Shown here: one piece after another, positions 49,210 to 59,729 of the stretch
How positions within the stretch are numbered: position 1 is the first letter of the stretch
How the letters are laid out: every line of letters starts with the position of its first letter
Assembly: GCF_004346685.1 (NCBI RefSeq)
Contig: NZ_SMCO01000002.1
Coordinates: 120,940-184,939, forward strand
Length of the DNA: 64,000 bases
Source of the DNA: Sulfurirhabdus autotrophica
GTDB taxonomy: Bacteria > Pseudomonadota > Gammaproteobacteria > Burkholderiales > SMCO01
Reading direction: 5' to 3'
Program-made: the position numbers and the translations under genes
Notes under the pieces: generated by a model
What the model was told of the DNA's origin: nothing
The model's database searches: none
Seen by the model: only the letters and a program-made list of their open reading frames with translations

Positions 49210-51075
49210 TTACTTAGCGCCTCTTAAAGGCTGAATTTCCGGATTAGCAAATGCAGGCACTGGCAATGGCTTCAACAAGTTAATACGATGTCCCTGTGGA
49301 TTTGCTGTCATATTAGGCAGCGTTTTCAGGTAACGCACTACAATTTCGGTCACATCCAGCGGATTACCCAACTCATCTACGAGTGGAGTAACTGATGCGC
49401 CAGTTCCTCCACACGCACCACAGTTATTGATCGTGTTAGGATCCTGAGCAAACCAGTAACCAGCTACTGAATATGGCTTAACCGAAGTATCAGCCGGATC
49501 TATTGCCACGCCATTTATCTTGATATTTGAACCACGACTTCCATATGGCTGATAAACATCCAGATCATAAGACACCCCGCTATAACCAAACATCCAGCCA
49601 CCGGTCCACAGCTGTGGATTGGTATCAAACGAACCACGAGCAGAGTTCTCAACCTGATCTTTCAGGTTCTTCCCATAAGCTGGGTACACCTTAGCTATCC
49701 GTGCCCCTACAGGCATAAAATGGTAAAGGTCCTGCATGGTGATCGGTCCTGGTTTAACATGCGTGCCATAACGGAAGCCGCGAATGGTCGCAAAATCTGA
49801 TCCAGCAGCCCATCGCATAGCATCAGCAATCAAATCATGGGACGTACCTTCAATCACACCAGGTCCTTCAACTGTATTGTTATCAGTGAAGTTGGAACGG
49901 TGTAAATTGACAGCTGTATAACCTACAACAGAATCACAGGAACGGAGCATGGTAGCCGTATTACCCCCAATCGTTACCGTTTGCCCTGGAACAAATGTTT
50001 TTCCGTAAAAAGGAGCCGTCACTTTAGCAATCTTTGCAGCAACCAACAGATTTGGCGTAATAGCATCAGTAATAATATGCGGAGTCCAAGTCCATGACAC
50101 TTTTCCATCACCTGGTGTTAGGTGCCCCTTACTGACCTTCACTTGAATTTCACCCAACATGGTACCGTCCTGACCTTCTTCCACCAGTACAGTGCCCGTT
50201 TTCACAACAATCGGCTTAATGGTTCGCTCATGCATGTCGGCATTTAATACAAAATCCACGCCTGGAATGGTTTCTGTCAAGGTAATGGTTTTGGCCAATT
50301 CCAACTCAGAGATCATCACAATCAAGTCGACTTTTTCTACATTACGCAATTGGTTAATGTAGTAAGGAAGCTCTGCACTGCCGTCTGTGAATATAAATCC
50401 TTTTGTCACAATCGGGCCAATAGCACGAATACCGCGTTGTGTAGTCATCCCTAGAACACCAATTTTCACGCCATTAACGGTTGTTACTTTGTAGGGTGGC
50501 AAAACACGCTGACCCGATTTGGTTGGATAAGGTGTAGTGGGGTCTAACAGTGCTGCTGCTCCAATTGCCGGGCGATCTGCACCTGCCACGTCAGGGCAAA
50601 GTGTTGTAACAGTTGTACAAGTGTAGTAAAGGTTGGCTGCAAGTGCGTTCCACTGAGCCAGAGGGGGAACAGTTGATGTCCCTACAAAAGTTTCAAGGAA
50701 ACGTTCAGTACCATACAGATAATCCCAGTTCCCTGGTGCATCAAAATCTGGCTTCAACATACTGACCACATCAATCATTGCCTGACCACGTGTAAACATT
50801 GCTTCAGCCGAACCTTGAAGTGTGTCTCCCGTATTGAAATAAACAGTCTGGTTCGGATTAGCAGCGCGAATATCATTAATGACTGTCGCCATCCTGGCCA
50901 AACCTCCTTCCATACGGCCTGTTGTATCACTGCGCACATTAGGCCTTGGAATCAGGTGACCATGGATGTCACCAGAGTGAATTAAAGTAACCGTGCCGCT
51001 GCCAGCATATACGGAAGCTGATATCAGCATACCCGTCAGCATCGTTAATTTCCCTGCAAATGAAGCGATCTTCAT
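49210..51075 (-). CDS. Secreted bifunctional metallophosphoesterase/5'-nucleotidase family protein (UshA/SoxB-like).
   Basis: Signal peptide, a GDIHGH calcineurin-like motif and a 5'-nucleotidase-type C-terminal region. 621 aa. Confidence 0.7.
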   Translation of the reverse strand: MKIASFAGKLTMLTGMLISASVYAGSGTVTLIHSGDIHGHLIPRPNVRSDTTGRMEGGLARMATVINDIRAANPNQTVYFNTGDTLQGSAEAMFTRGQAMIDVVSMLKPDFDAPGNWDYLYGTERFLETFVGTSTVPPLAQWNALAANLYYTCTTVTTLCPDVAGADRPAIGAAALLDPTTPYPTKSGQRVLPPYKVTTVNGVKIGVLGMTTQRGIRAIGPIVTKGFIFTDGSAELPYYINQLRNVEKVDLIVMISELELAKTITLTETIPGVDFVLNADMHERTIKPIVVKTGTVLVEEGQDGTMLGEIQVKVSKGHLTPGDGKVSWTWTPHIITDAITPNLLVAAKIAKVTAPFYGKTFVPGQTVTIGGNTATMLRSCDSVVGYTAVNLHRSNFTDNNTVEGPGVIEGTSHDLIADAMRWAAGSDFATIRGFRYGTHVKPGPITMQDLYHFMPVGARIAKVYPAYGKNLKDQVENSARGSFDTNPQLWTGGWMFGYSGVSYDLDVYQPYGSRGSNIKINGVAIDPADTSVKPYSVAGYWFAQDPNTINNCGACGGTGASVTPLVDELGNPLDVTEIVVRYLKTLPNMTANPQGHRINLLKPLPVPAFANPEIQPLRGAK

Positions 51076-51765
51076 GTAATACCCCGATTAAATTTATAAA
51101 ATGCCAGTTGATTGATCAATTAAACGATGCCAAAAAATTCACAGTTAAAACACATGAACTTTCTAGTCCACCCATACTAAATTGATGACTCATTTGTACT
51201 AGCAAGTAATATGCCATTCGCGCATGACATTTATGTAATATTTAAATCCCAATAAAATCATTGAAATAGTATTTTCCTATCAAATTGAAAAATCCATTAC
51301 AGCTTGATTTCGGGCATGGATTGGATGAACAATCTACCCGAATTTCCTTTTTATGCCCGACATTGCAAGTAATCCATACGTAACTTCGACCCCGATAAAA
51401 ATCCTTTTTTTATTCAAGGCATAACTTCCTCTTGATGCCTGATTAACCAATCCTTTATTCTGTATTAATTAATAAAAAATACTCAATAGGCACCGAATTC
51501 ATCGCCACATCTATTAAATCTGTTGCCCTCAAAATAACGGGCTTAAATACCCGTTATTGATATTTTGCGCCCGCTTTTAATAAATACTTTAAATTCAATA
51601 TACTGCATTCATTTTACATATCATATCGAAGCATTTATGTTGAAATTCAGCATAAATACCATTTGTCATTAAACAAATAATTACCATCGATTTATTATGC
51701 AATATGCTATTTATACGAAATTAATTATGCAGTTATAAGAAAACCTCATCAGAACACATAAAAAT

Positions 51766-51781
51766 GGCACATTATTTGCTT
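51766..51781 (+). promoter_or_regulatory. Sigma-54 promoter TGGCAC-ATTAT-TTGCT upstream of the PQQ-repeat protein gene.
   Basis: Exact consensus -24/-12 element about 80 nt upstream of the ATG at 51863. A sigma-54 activator gene lies immediately downstream of the target gene. Confidence 0.65.
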
Positions 51782-51862
51782 GTATTTTTCTCCTAGAATC
51801 AATAACTTTTATCTTTGTTGAATGCTTTCTGTATGCAACATGGCAAATATTAAGGAATCAGC

Positions 51863-54814
51863 ATGAATCAATTGAATTTTCCACGTATCGCTTTATGTTT
51901 TTTCCTATTCACAAATATATCTGCCATCCATTTATCCGCCAATGCACAGGAATTCATTCAATACGGCAGTCCTAACACATACAACAACACTACTGCACGC
52001 GCAGCCTTCCCTCAATCATGGAGTCAATATGGAAATGGTCAGCAGCATAATCCGGTATACACTGTTCCAGGTAACGCCCCTTCGTTCCTGACCACAGGTA
52101 TCTCCACGATTTCCCCCCTTACGGGAGATGAATTCCGACGAATTGATTTAGCTCAGAATTATTTTCCTCAGGATGGCCGTATGGCATGGGGCTCGTCTGC
52201 ATCTCAATGGGTAGGCAATGTCGCTGGTTCGTCTGTCGCACAAGGCATTGTTTTCACCACGACAAGCAGACGTGAAATTTATGCTACTGATGCCCAAAGC
52301 GGATTAGCCATTTGGAGGAAAGAACTTGTTTCCGTTGCCGGCATGGGGCAGCCACTGGTACAAACAATTGGAGGCAAGCTACGCGTAATTGTTACGACCG
52401 GAGATGCTGATTTCAACGCTCAAAACAGCGTTCGCGCCATTGGTGGATTACAACATGATCGCGGAGCGGAGTTCTCTGCAGTGTATTGTCTGGATGCATT
52501 AACCGGTACGCAGATATGGCGCTTTGATACGCAAGGTTCTTCACGCCCTACGCCACTGTATCGCAATGGCTACCTTTATGTAGTGAGTGGAGATGGACAT
52601 TTATACGTATTGGATGCAACCAATGGTTCGCTGATATCGACTTTTACTAACCCGGGTGAGGGCCAGGTAGGGCTATCCAGTCCAAACTGGTTTTTGACTG
52701 CTCAAGGTCATGTCCTCATTTACTATGGAACCCTTAGTCCACGTAATATTGTCGCTGTAGATGTCACTTCTCCTGCAGCTCCTGTTCTTGCCTGGACTTA
52801 CGCACCCCCTGGAGCAGCATCAAATGCTCCTGGCGATGTATCTGTAGCAGTCGATCAAAGTTCTGCCTTGCTTGTAACCAGTGTATTCACCAACGTAGGT
52901 ACAACTTCATCCCCAATTTACGATGAACAAATCATTGCACTTGATGCAAATACGGGCCAGGCAATATGGAATGTGTACAGCGGCCAGGGGCCTACTCTGG
53001 ATGGGTTCAAATCCGCCAATCCAATGATAAACAACGGAGTTGTTTATCTGGGTAACCCTTTAAATGCAACTGTACAGGCTTACGATTTGCGTACCGGAAG
53101 TTTTCGCTGGTCAACCGCTATTCCATCCAATGATCCTGCGATACGCAACGCACCACGCGCAGCACCAGTACTGGTGAATGGAAAATTGATAATACCAGTC
53201 GCACAACATATTTATACTTTTGATGCCATGTCCGGTGCATTGCTTAACGACTACTATTCACCACAATCCTACATTGCCTTCGGATTAAATCAGCCGGTAG
53301 TGGTTGGCAACGTCATGTATATTTCCTCTACATCAGGGTACGTATACACCTTTCCTGTTAGCTACATCACCACGCAAGCAGGCCCGGGACCTGTCACTGT
53401 CCCGGCACTACCTTTAAAAACAGCCGAATATTATGACTCTACCGCAAAGCCGAGCAGTTCCCAGAAAACCGGCTTTCCTGCACAGTGGTTATCCTATGCT
53501 GGCGGACAAAATCACAATAGTTATCTGTCTACAGGACCTGCCATCAGCAAAAAATGGGCATCATCCATGCTTTCAGCAATTTCACTAAGCTCAACACCGC
53601 TTGATGATGCCATTTTCGGGACTGAGATTGCTACACAGATGACCCACTTATCTTTTGGCGCAGGTACTGGTGTAGCTGCAGCCAACGGCATAGCCTATGC
53701 CACAGGCAACAATCGGACTGTTAACGCCTATAACGCCACAACAGGCAAGCTGATCTGGCGATTCCGAACCAACAATCACAATTTTGGTCAGCCTGTCGTC
53801 ACACCCAATGCCGTGCTAGTCATGGGTGGCAATATAGCAACGAGTTTATCGAACAACATCAGCTTTTCCAAACAATCAGCCCAAACCCGCTTAGGAACGG
53901 GATTCATGTATATACACGCACTTGATCCGCTTAATGGAAACGAGAAGTGGACTTTTTATGCCGGGCAGGGCGCCATGTCATCAACTCCGCTCTACTCTAA
54001 TGGCGTACTGTACTGGGTAGATGGCCAAAGCAAGGTATGGGCTATCAATGCGGACACCGGCACCCCTGTTGCGCCATTCATGGATTCGAATGGCAATCCG
54101 CTGCTAACACTAGGCGGTGGGTTCAATGCTGTTTCTTCTGCTAACGTATATCAGGATCCGAGCGGTAAAAAGCTGATGGTTGTAGGGATGAGCATGCCTA
54201 ATCAAATGGTAGCAGTAGATCTTGGCACGGCCACCATTGCCTGGACACAACCACTAACGGGTTTAGCAACACATTTCACTGGATTATCGTCCGCTTCGCC
54301 TGCCATAGATCAAGCCAATGGCCTTGTGATCAGCACCGCCATGGCAAATGTAGATTCTACGACGAATACAGCCCAAGTATTAACATTTGGATTGAATGCC
54401 TCAACAGGAACGATAGTATGGACACAACTTCTTGATGCCGGCCCAATTCCAGCCGGATTTGTGGCACCTACTCCGATGGTTGCAAATAACCGCGTTTATC
54501 TGACCAACCCGACCGCAAATCAAATCACTGCACTAGATGCCACTACCGGGTCAACTTTATGGAAGACAGCTGTTACCGCAACAGGAGGCAAGTATTCCTG
54601 GGCACCCGGAACACTTGTAGGTAGTACTAAACTGATCATGCCAATGGGGGGGAACTTATATACGCTTAACCCTGACTCCGGTGCCTTACTCAAAACTTAC
54701 GTCATAGGCGGCGCACACACTTATAACCATGTATTAGTCATAGGCAATAGCGTATACCTTGGAAATGCCTATGGCTGGGTATTGGGTATTCCACTGGCGG
54801 ATGTAGCGGGTTAA
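51863..54814 (+). CDS. Large secreted PQQ-repeat (BamB-like) multi-beta-propeller protein, 983 aa.
   Basis: Signal peptide. Recurring T/SG-x-x-x-W motifs (TGTQIWRF, TGQAIWNVY, TGKLIWRFRT, TGTIVWTQLL, TGSTLWKTAV) typical of PQQ-like propeller blades. Confidence 0.7.
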   Translation: MNQLNFPRIALCFFLFTNISAIHLSANAQEFIQYGSPNTYNNTTARAAFPQSWSQYGNGQQHNPVYTVPGNAPSFLTTGISTISPLTGDEFRRIDLAQNYFPQDGRMAWGSSASQWVGNVAGSSVAQGIVFTTTSRREIYATDAQSGLAIWRKELVSVAGMGQPLVQTIGGKLRVIVTTGDADFNAQNSVRAIGGLQHDRGAEFSAVYCLDALTGTQIWRFDTQGSSRPTPLYRNGYLYVVSGDGHLYVLDATNGSLISTFTNPGEGQVGLSSPNWFLTAQGHVLIYYGTLSPRNIVAVDVTSPAAPVLAWTYAPPGAASNAPGDVSVAVDQSSALLVTSVFTNVGTTSSPIYDEQIIALDANTGQAIWNVYSGQGPTLDGFKSANPMINNGVVYLGNPLNATVQAYDLRTGSFRWSTAIPSNDPAIRNAPRAAPVLVNGKLIIPVAQHIYTFDAMSGALLNDYYSPQSYIAFGLNQPVVVGNVMYISSTSGYVYTFPVSYITTQAGPGPVTVPALPLKTAEYYDSTAKPSSSQKTGFPAQWLSYAGGQNHNSYLSTGPAISKKWASSMLSAISLSSTPLDDAIFGTEIATQMTHLSFGAGTGVAAANGIAYATGNNRTVNAYNATTGKLIWRFRTNNHNFGQPVVTPNAVLVMGGNIATSLSNNISFSKQSAQTRLGTGFMYIHALDPLNGNEKWTFYAGQGAMSSTPLYSNGVLYWVDGQSKVWAINADTGTPVAPFMDSNGNPLLTLGGGFNAVSSANVYQDPSGKKLMVVGMSMPNQMVAVDLGTATIAWTQPLTGLATHFTGLSSASPAIDQANGLVISTAMANVDSTTNTAQVLTFGLNASTGTIVWTQLLDAGPIPAGFVAPTPMVANNRVYLTNPTANQITALDATTGSTLWKTAVTATGGKYSWAPGTLVGSTKLIMPMGGNLYTLNPDSGALLKTYVIGGAHTYNHVLVIGNSVYLGNAYGWVLGIPLADVAG

Positions 54815-55506
54815 GTGAATCATCACTATATAGTCACTCATGCCAATGCTTCGATTAGGCTAAAAAATATAAAGGTAGTGGCCAATCATTGTAGCTATCA
54901 GGGCGGCAATCTCTGCCAGAGAATTCTAACTGCAGTAATTCTGAGCATTTCCTAATAAAGTTAATCCTTAAAAATTAACTTTATTGCTCTCCCACCCTGC
55001 TGATCATAATAAGCATTTCCCACATTTTAATTAGCAACGCAACAACCACTGCGTGATTGAAATTCGAATATTTCAGTACTTGAGCCTTCGCTTAAATTTC
55101 CTAAATCTAAAAAAAATTTAATATTTTTCATTGCTAGAAGTTTTCCCAACCATCTCAAACCCGGTCAAACAAGGTTTTTATCAAAAAAAACTAACGTCCC
55201 CCGTTATGTTAAAAAATTCTACTATAGTTATTTGCATGATGATGTATGTGGTTATCCATAAGACTAGCGATATGATTATCACGTAGTGAAGCCAGAAGCT
55301 AACACACTAAAACTATAATAGTTTCAGAAAGTTACTTAAAAATAAAATTTGTTATCTCTATGTTTTATCGACGAAACTTCAAGCAGTGAAAGCGAGATGT
55401 TTTATATAAAAATTATTGCAAAAGCATTAATAAAATGTATAAAAACAATTAGATACAGTTTTATTTAGCTATCTAACTCGAAAAAATTACATCCGGGGAT
55501 TAGTAT

Positions 55507-56943
55507 ATGGCGAAAAAAATTCTTATTGTCGAATGTGAGGAAACGTTGCGGATTAATATCAACCATTATCTGGCTGCTCAGGGCTTCGATACTGAATGTC
55601 GAACTGGAAATGAGAACATCGTATCCTTACTGGAGCACCAGACATTCGACGTACTCATCGACTGCATGTGTGCTGGAAATGAAGATGGGCTGGATCTTCT
55701 ACGGCACGTTCGCAAAGTATCGCCCTCGACTGCGGTGATAGTCACGACCGACAAAGGATCCATGGATTCAGCTATCAAAGCTTTTCGCACTGGTGCCTGC
55801 GACTACCTGATAAAACCCTTCCAGCTGGAAGAGCTGAAACAAAAGATTGAAAACATCTGTCACTTGAGCATGATTTCTGGCCAAAACATCGCCCTCCGTT
55901 CAGAAATCCGAAAGCGCCACGACTCATCCAATATCATCGGCAAGAGTCGAGCGATGATCGATTTAATGAAGAAAGTGGAGAAAATCGCGCAGTGCCATAG
56001 CAACGTGTTGATTACCGGCGAAACCGGAACTGGAAAAGAATTGGTGGCACGCGCCATTCACGATTTATCGCCTAATCATGACTCGGTATTTATACCTTTA
56101 AACGTTGCTGCCATCCCTGAGAACCTAGTGGAAAGCCATTTTTTCGGGCATGTGCGTGGGGCCTTCAGCGGAGCAGACCGTGCACGAGAAGGCATATTTC
56201 GTGCCGCCTCGGGAGGAACGCTATTCCTGGACGAAATCGGCGAAATGGCACTTGCCATTCAGCCAAAATTGTTGCGCGCTCTGGAAGAAAAGGAAATCCT
56301 GCCCCTCGGCAGTGACGTCCCGCTGAAAGTCAATGCCCGAGTAATTACGGCAACCCACCGTAACCTTGAACGGATGGTCGAGGCAAATACCTTTCGACAA
56401 GATTTACTGTTCCGGCTAAACGTAGTCAATATCCACATACCTCCCCTCCGCGAAAGGCGAGAAGATATCCCGTTGCTGGCGAGGCACTTCATTAGCCGCC
56501 ATTGCCGTGAACTCGGGAAACCAGTGTTTGATATCGACCATGTTGCTATGCAGAACTTGGTGGATCATGACTGGAGCAAAGGAAACATAAGGGAGCTTTC
56601 CAATGCCATCGAGCGTGCAGTCATCATGTGCGAGTCCGGCACCCTCAATCTCGATGATTTGCTTACCAATGTTAAAGGCAACAAGACTCCTCCAGCAAAT
56701 TTACAATCCGCAGCAGAAAAATTTGAAGCTGGCTACATCCAGTCTGTTCTGGAAAGCGTTAACGGTAGACGGGAGTTGGCTGCAAAAAAACTTGGCATTT
56801 CACTGGCAACATTGTATCGCTGCATAAAGAAGCATAGACAAATTGATCCTGAATGTTGCACAAGTTGCTCTAAAGTATCAACCAGTACAGATTTATCAGG
56901 TGGTGCAGGCTTCCAACAAACTGGCTTTTCACCCCCAGGATAA
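55507..56943 (+). CDS. Sigma-54-dependent activator with an atypical receiver domain. Orphan: no cognate kinase adjacent.
   Basis: AAA+ core ([21 protein letters not shown]) and C-terminal helix-turn-helix. The receiver has ECEE in place of the usual acidic DD pair, with Asp in VLID and Lys in YLIKPF retained. Confidence 0.85.
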   Translation: MAKKILIVECEETLRININHYLAAQGFDTECRTGNENIVSLLEHQTFDVLIDCMCAGNEDGLDLLRHVRKVSPSTAVIVTTDKGSMDSAIKAFRTGACDYLIKPFQLEELKQKIENICHLSMISGQNIALRSEIRKRHDSSNIIGKSRAMIDLMKKVEKIAQCHSNVLITGETGTGKELVARAIHDLSPNHDSVFIPLNVAAIPENLVESHFFGHVRGAFSGADRAREGIFRAASGGTLFLDEIGEMALAIQPKLLRALEEKEILPLGSDVPLKVNARVITATHRNLERMVEANTFRQDLLFRLNVVNIHIPPLRERREDIPLLARHFISRHCRELGKPVFDIDHVAMQNLVDHDWSKGNIRELSNAIERAVIMCESGTLNLDDLLTNVKGNKTPPANLQSAAEKFEAGYIQSVLESVNGRRELAAKKLGISLATLYRCIKKHRQIDPECCTSCSKVSTSTDLSGGAGFQQTGFSPPG

Positions 56944-57441
56944 GGATGGTATAGGATTGAGCAACGAATCGGGAGGGCAAGTGCCCCAGTCAATATAGTG
57001 TCGCCATTGAGCCACCGTATCTGATTATATCAATATTATTCTATAAAATATGAGCGGAAAATGGATTTTAGCCGCATAACGCTCAGCATTTCGACAGTAA
57101 CTTTGTATCTCCTCAAGAAGCAACTCAAACAGGCTTAAGTGAAAAATTCATAAGACCGAAATTCTCACAACTGCGAATATCCGAGAAAAAACTCTCAGAA
57201 TTGATACACAAATCATTGGATTTTGTGCATGCGCAACCATTTGTTCTGAGAGGATTTTATAATTAATAAAACTTAATTCCTTTTGTTACATTCGGTTACG
57301 AAATCCTACGCCATTTCTACTCATGGCAGGCATCAATATTGCTGTAGCTAATAAGTATGCATAGCTGACTCATGCTCCCAGCAACCATGGAAAAGCATAT
57401 TCACCTATTCAGTTAAATCGTTTCACTACACTAAACTTCAA

Positions 57442-58980
57442 TTGGAGCACCCCAAAATGAAAAAGCAATATAGAAACACGTTCCTTAAGCTGGGACTGAC
57501 TGCAACGCTAGCTAGCTCCATGGGTATGGCACTAGCAGCGCCAACATATACGATCAGCAACGTACTCGTCCCACCCGACGAGTATTCTGGCGAAGCAGAC
57601 CTCACGCCGGCGCCGGTTTACAAACCGCACGAGACTGGTGCTGCGGCGACGCCCACGTACTGGATCTCAAGCAACGAGCGCGGTAATGAGGCAGTAGCCC
57701 CCGGACAGACACAACAGTTCGACAAAATGGCTGGCATCTCGATCTTCGAATACGGGACCAACAAGGTGCTGTCGACGCTCAACATCGAGAAAGCCTGTAT
57801 TCCGGTGGTCTTGCCCGACGGCACGCTGATGAAGACATTTGGCGGCTGCGCGCCTCTAGGAGCCGAAGGCCACCCGCGCCATCCACACGGCATTTCCATC
57901 GACGATGCCCAGAAGGTCGCCTATCAGGTGATCGAGCATTCCGGTTTGCAATGGAATGCGACCCGTACCGCCTTTAAGAAAGCGACCACGACCGATGCCG
58001 AATCGGGCCTGCTCGTGGCCTATGACATCAGCGATCTGACCAATCCGAAGATCCTCAAAAGCTACGTGCTCGGCCATGCTGCCGAGGAAGACGTGGTAAA
58101 TCCGATCAACCATAAGATCTACGCGGGCAATCACGAACCCTCTCCGACCAACGTCGGGTGCTTCGTGTCCGTGATCGACCGCAGCCTGGCACGTCCCTAC
58201 AAGTTCATTGATCTGCCCGGCACCGACTGCGTGCAAGGCGTCGGCGTCGATGCGGCGTTGAACACGGTGAATGGCACCACGCACTTCGGCCAGAAGATGT
58301 ACACCTTCAACAGCACCAACGACACCGTCGCCTATTCGGTCGATATCCGCGGGCCGTTTAATGCGTTCGTCGCGAGCTTGCCTCAGTCCGAGCAGTTCAC
58401 GATCCCGGCCGGCTATATCGTCCACCTGCACGACCTGGCCACCGATGGGGTGAATCATCGGGCGTATAACGCAATTCACACCATCGCCACGGCCGAAGAG
58501 GTAACCGCAGAGGATGCGGAGGTGGCAGGAGCCCCCGAGGCGGATGAAATCACTGGCCGTTGGGTAGCGGAGGTCAACACCGATCCGTCATCACCCGACT
58601 TCAAGAAGGTCACCATCATTGATCTGTCCAACGGCCAGTCGGTGCCTGCGGTCCGGAATCACCATGACGCGATCGCCACGCTTCACGGCAGTAATGCTTT
58701 CCAAAACCTCTTCATCCACGCGCACTTTCTAGACGTCGATCCAGCGCGCGCCGCGTTGCTCGTGAGTGGAGAGCATACCGGCAATCTAGCGGTCGTCAAC
58801 ACCAACACGATGACACTGCAGAACGTGCACTCGATCACGCGACTGATCCCGAACTGCACGCCAACGGATCTCGAACCCCATGTGCATGGTGTCGACATCC
58901 AACTGACGACCGGCACAGCCTATGTCAGCGACGAAGGTGAGCACTGCACCTACGAGTCAGTAACGATCCTGCAACCCTAA
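57442..58980 (+). CDS. Secreted hypothetical protein, 512 aa, the first gene of the GC-rich island.
   Basis: Signal peptide (MKKQYRNTFLKLGLTATLASSMGMALA/AP). GC at third codon positions is far above the window average. No recognisable catalytic motif. Confidence 0.6.
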   Translation: MEHPKMKKQYRNTFLKLGLTATLASSMGMALAAPTYTISNVLVPPDEYSGEADLTPAPVYKPHETGAAATPTYWISSNERGNEAVAPGQTQQFDKMAGISIFEYGTNKVLSTLNIEKACIPVVLPDGTLMKTFGGCAPLGAEGHPRHPHGISIDDAQKVAYQVIEHSGLQWNATRTAFKKATTTDAESGLLVAYDISDLTNPKILKSYVLGHAAEEDVVNPINHKIYAGNHEPSPTNVGCFVSVIDRSLARPYKFIDLPGTDCVQGVGVDAALNTVNGTTHFGQKMYTFNSTNDTVAYSVDIRGPFNAFVASLPQSEQFTIPAGYIVHLHDLATDGVNHRAYNAIHTIATAEEVTAEDAEVAGAPEADEITGRWVAEVNTDPSSPDFKKVTIIDLSNGQSVPAVRNHHDAIATLHGSNAFQNLFIHAHFLDVDPARAALLVSGEHTGNLAVVNTNTMTLQNVHSITRLIPNCTPTDLEPHVHGVDIQLTTGTAYVSDEGEHCTYESVTILQP

Positions 58981-59037
58981 TTAGTCCACAGCGCTACTAA
59001 CCGACCGGGCCTTGTGTCCGGCCAAAAGGAGACAGAC

Positions 59038-59616
59038 ATGAAACAGACGCTCAAAAACCAAACCAAACATTCCAGCATCGCGCTCACGGCGGTGGCCGTC
59101 TTTTCGGTGATCGGGATCGGAACCGCGCAGGCCGCGCCGACCTTTACCAGTGCGAATATAGTCCTCGACCGCTTCGGCAACCTCGAATGCACGTTCAGGG
59201 AGACGGGACTCACCCCCGGTGGGCAGGTCAGATACGACTGCGCATCGACATCCGTAGGTGTGAACACACAATGCTTCCTGAAAAACAAGCCCGTGGGAAA
59301 CAGCAAGCTGCTTGTTTTCCATAACATAAGTGCTGCAGAACTAGTAAATATCGACGTCAGCAGAAGCGGGCAGGTCAGAGCCGGGATCATTACGCAAATA
59401 CCCGAATCACCAAATAACGCACTCGTCTGCACAGTACCCGCGGAGGTAGCCGTTACCTCCATAAGGTGGTGCGACAACTCGCTTGTGGATCTTACCAACA
59501 CTATCACTGCCGCTAATGTGAGTGAATTGTTCACTAATCTTGTAACCAATGGCAGCGGCAGCGTGCCTTCGTGCGCCGTATTGGCGACAATGCCAGGTTT
59601 ACCACCGGGCGAATAA
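59038..59616 (+). CDS. Small secreted Cys-containing protein, paralog 1 of 3.
   Basis: AAGGAG ribosome-binding site. Signal peptide ending AQA/AP. Shared family motifs FRETGL, C(F/Y)xKNKxVG, IRWC(D/N) and ELF. Six Cys. Confidence 0.65.
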   Translation: MKQTLKNQTKHSSIALTAVAVFSVIGIGTAQAAPTFTSANIVLDRFGNLECTFRETGLTPGGQVRYDCASTSVGVNTQCFLKNKPVGNSKLLVFHNISAAELVNIDVSRSGQVRAGIITQIPESPNNALVCTVPAEVAVTSIRWCDNSLVDLTNTITAANVSELFTNLVTNGSGSVPSCAVLATMPGLPPGE

Positions 59617-59729
59617 GCCAGGCGGGATGGGCACGCGCGTGTCGTGCCCAGGCGAAACCAGATAGTTAATCCATCAACCTGATACATCGCTCAACGCCTC
59701 GGGGTTGGGCAATTTCAAGGAGTATAAAC

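Noticed and set aside
57310-57345. TGGCAG...TTGC motif upstream of the island's first gene, considered as a sigma-54 promoter.
   Set aside because: The GG-to-GC spacing is 4 nt too long relative to the -24/-12 consensus.
57618-59687. Several 90-240 aa ORFs on the minus strand inside the GC-rich island (57856-58479, 58977-59687 and others).
   Set aside because: These are typical long antisense ORFs produced by high GC. The plus-strand genes have signal peptides, ribosome-binding sites and paralog support, and the minus-strand ones have none.
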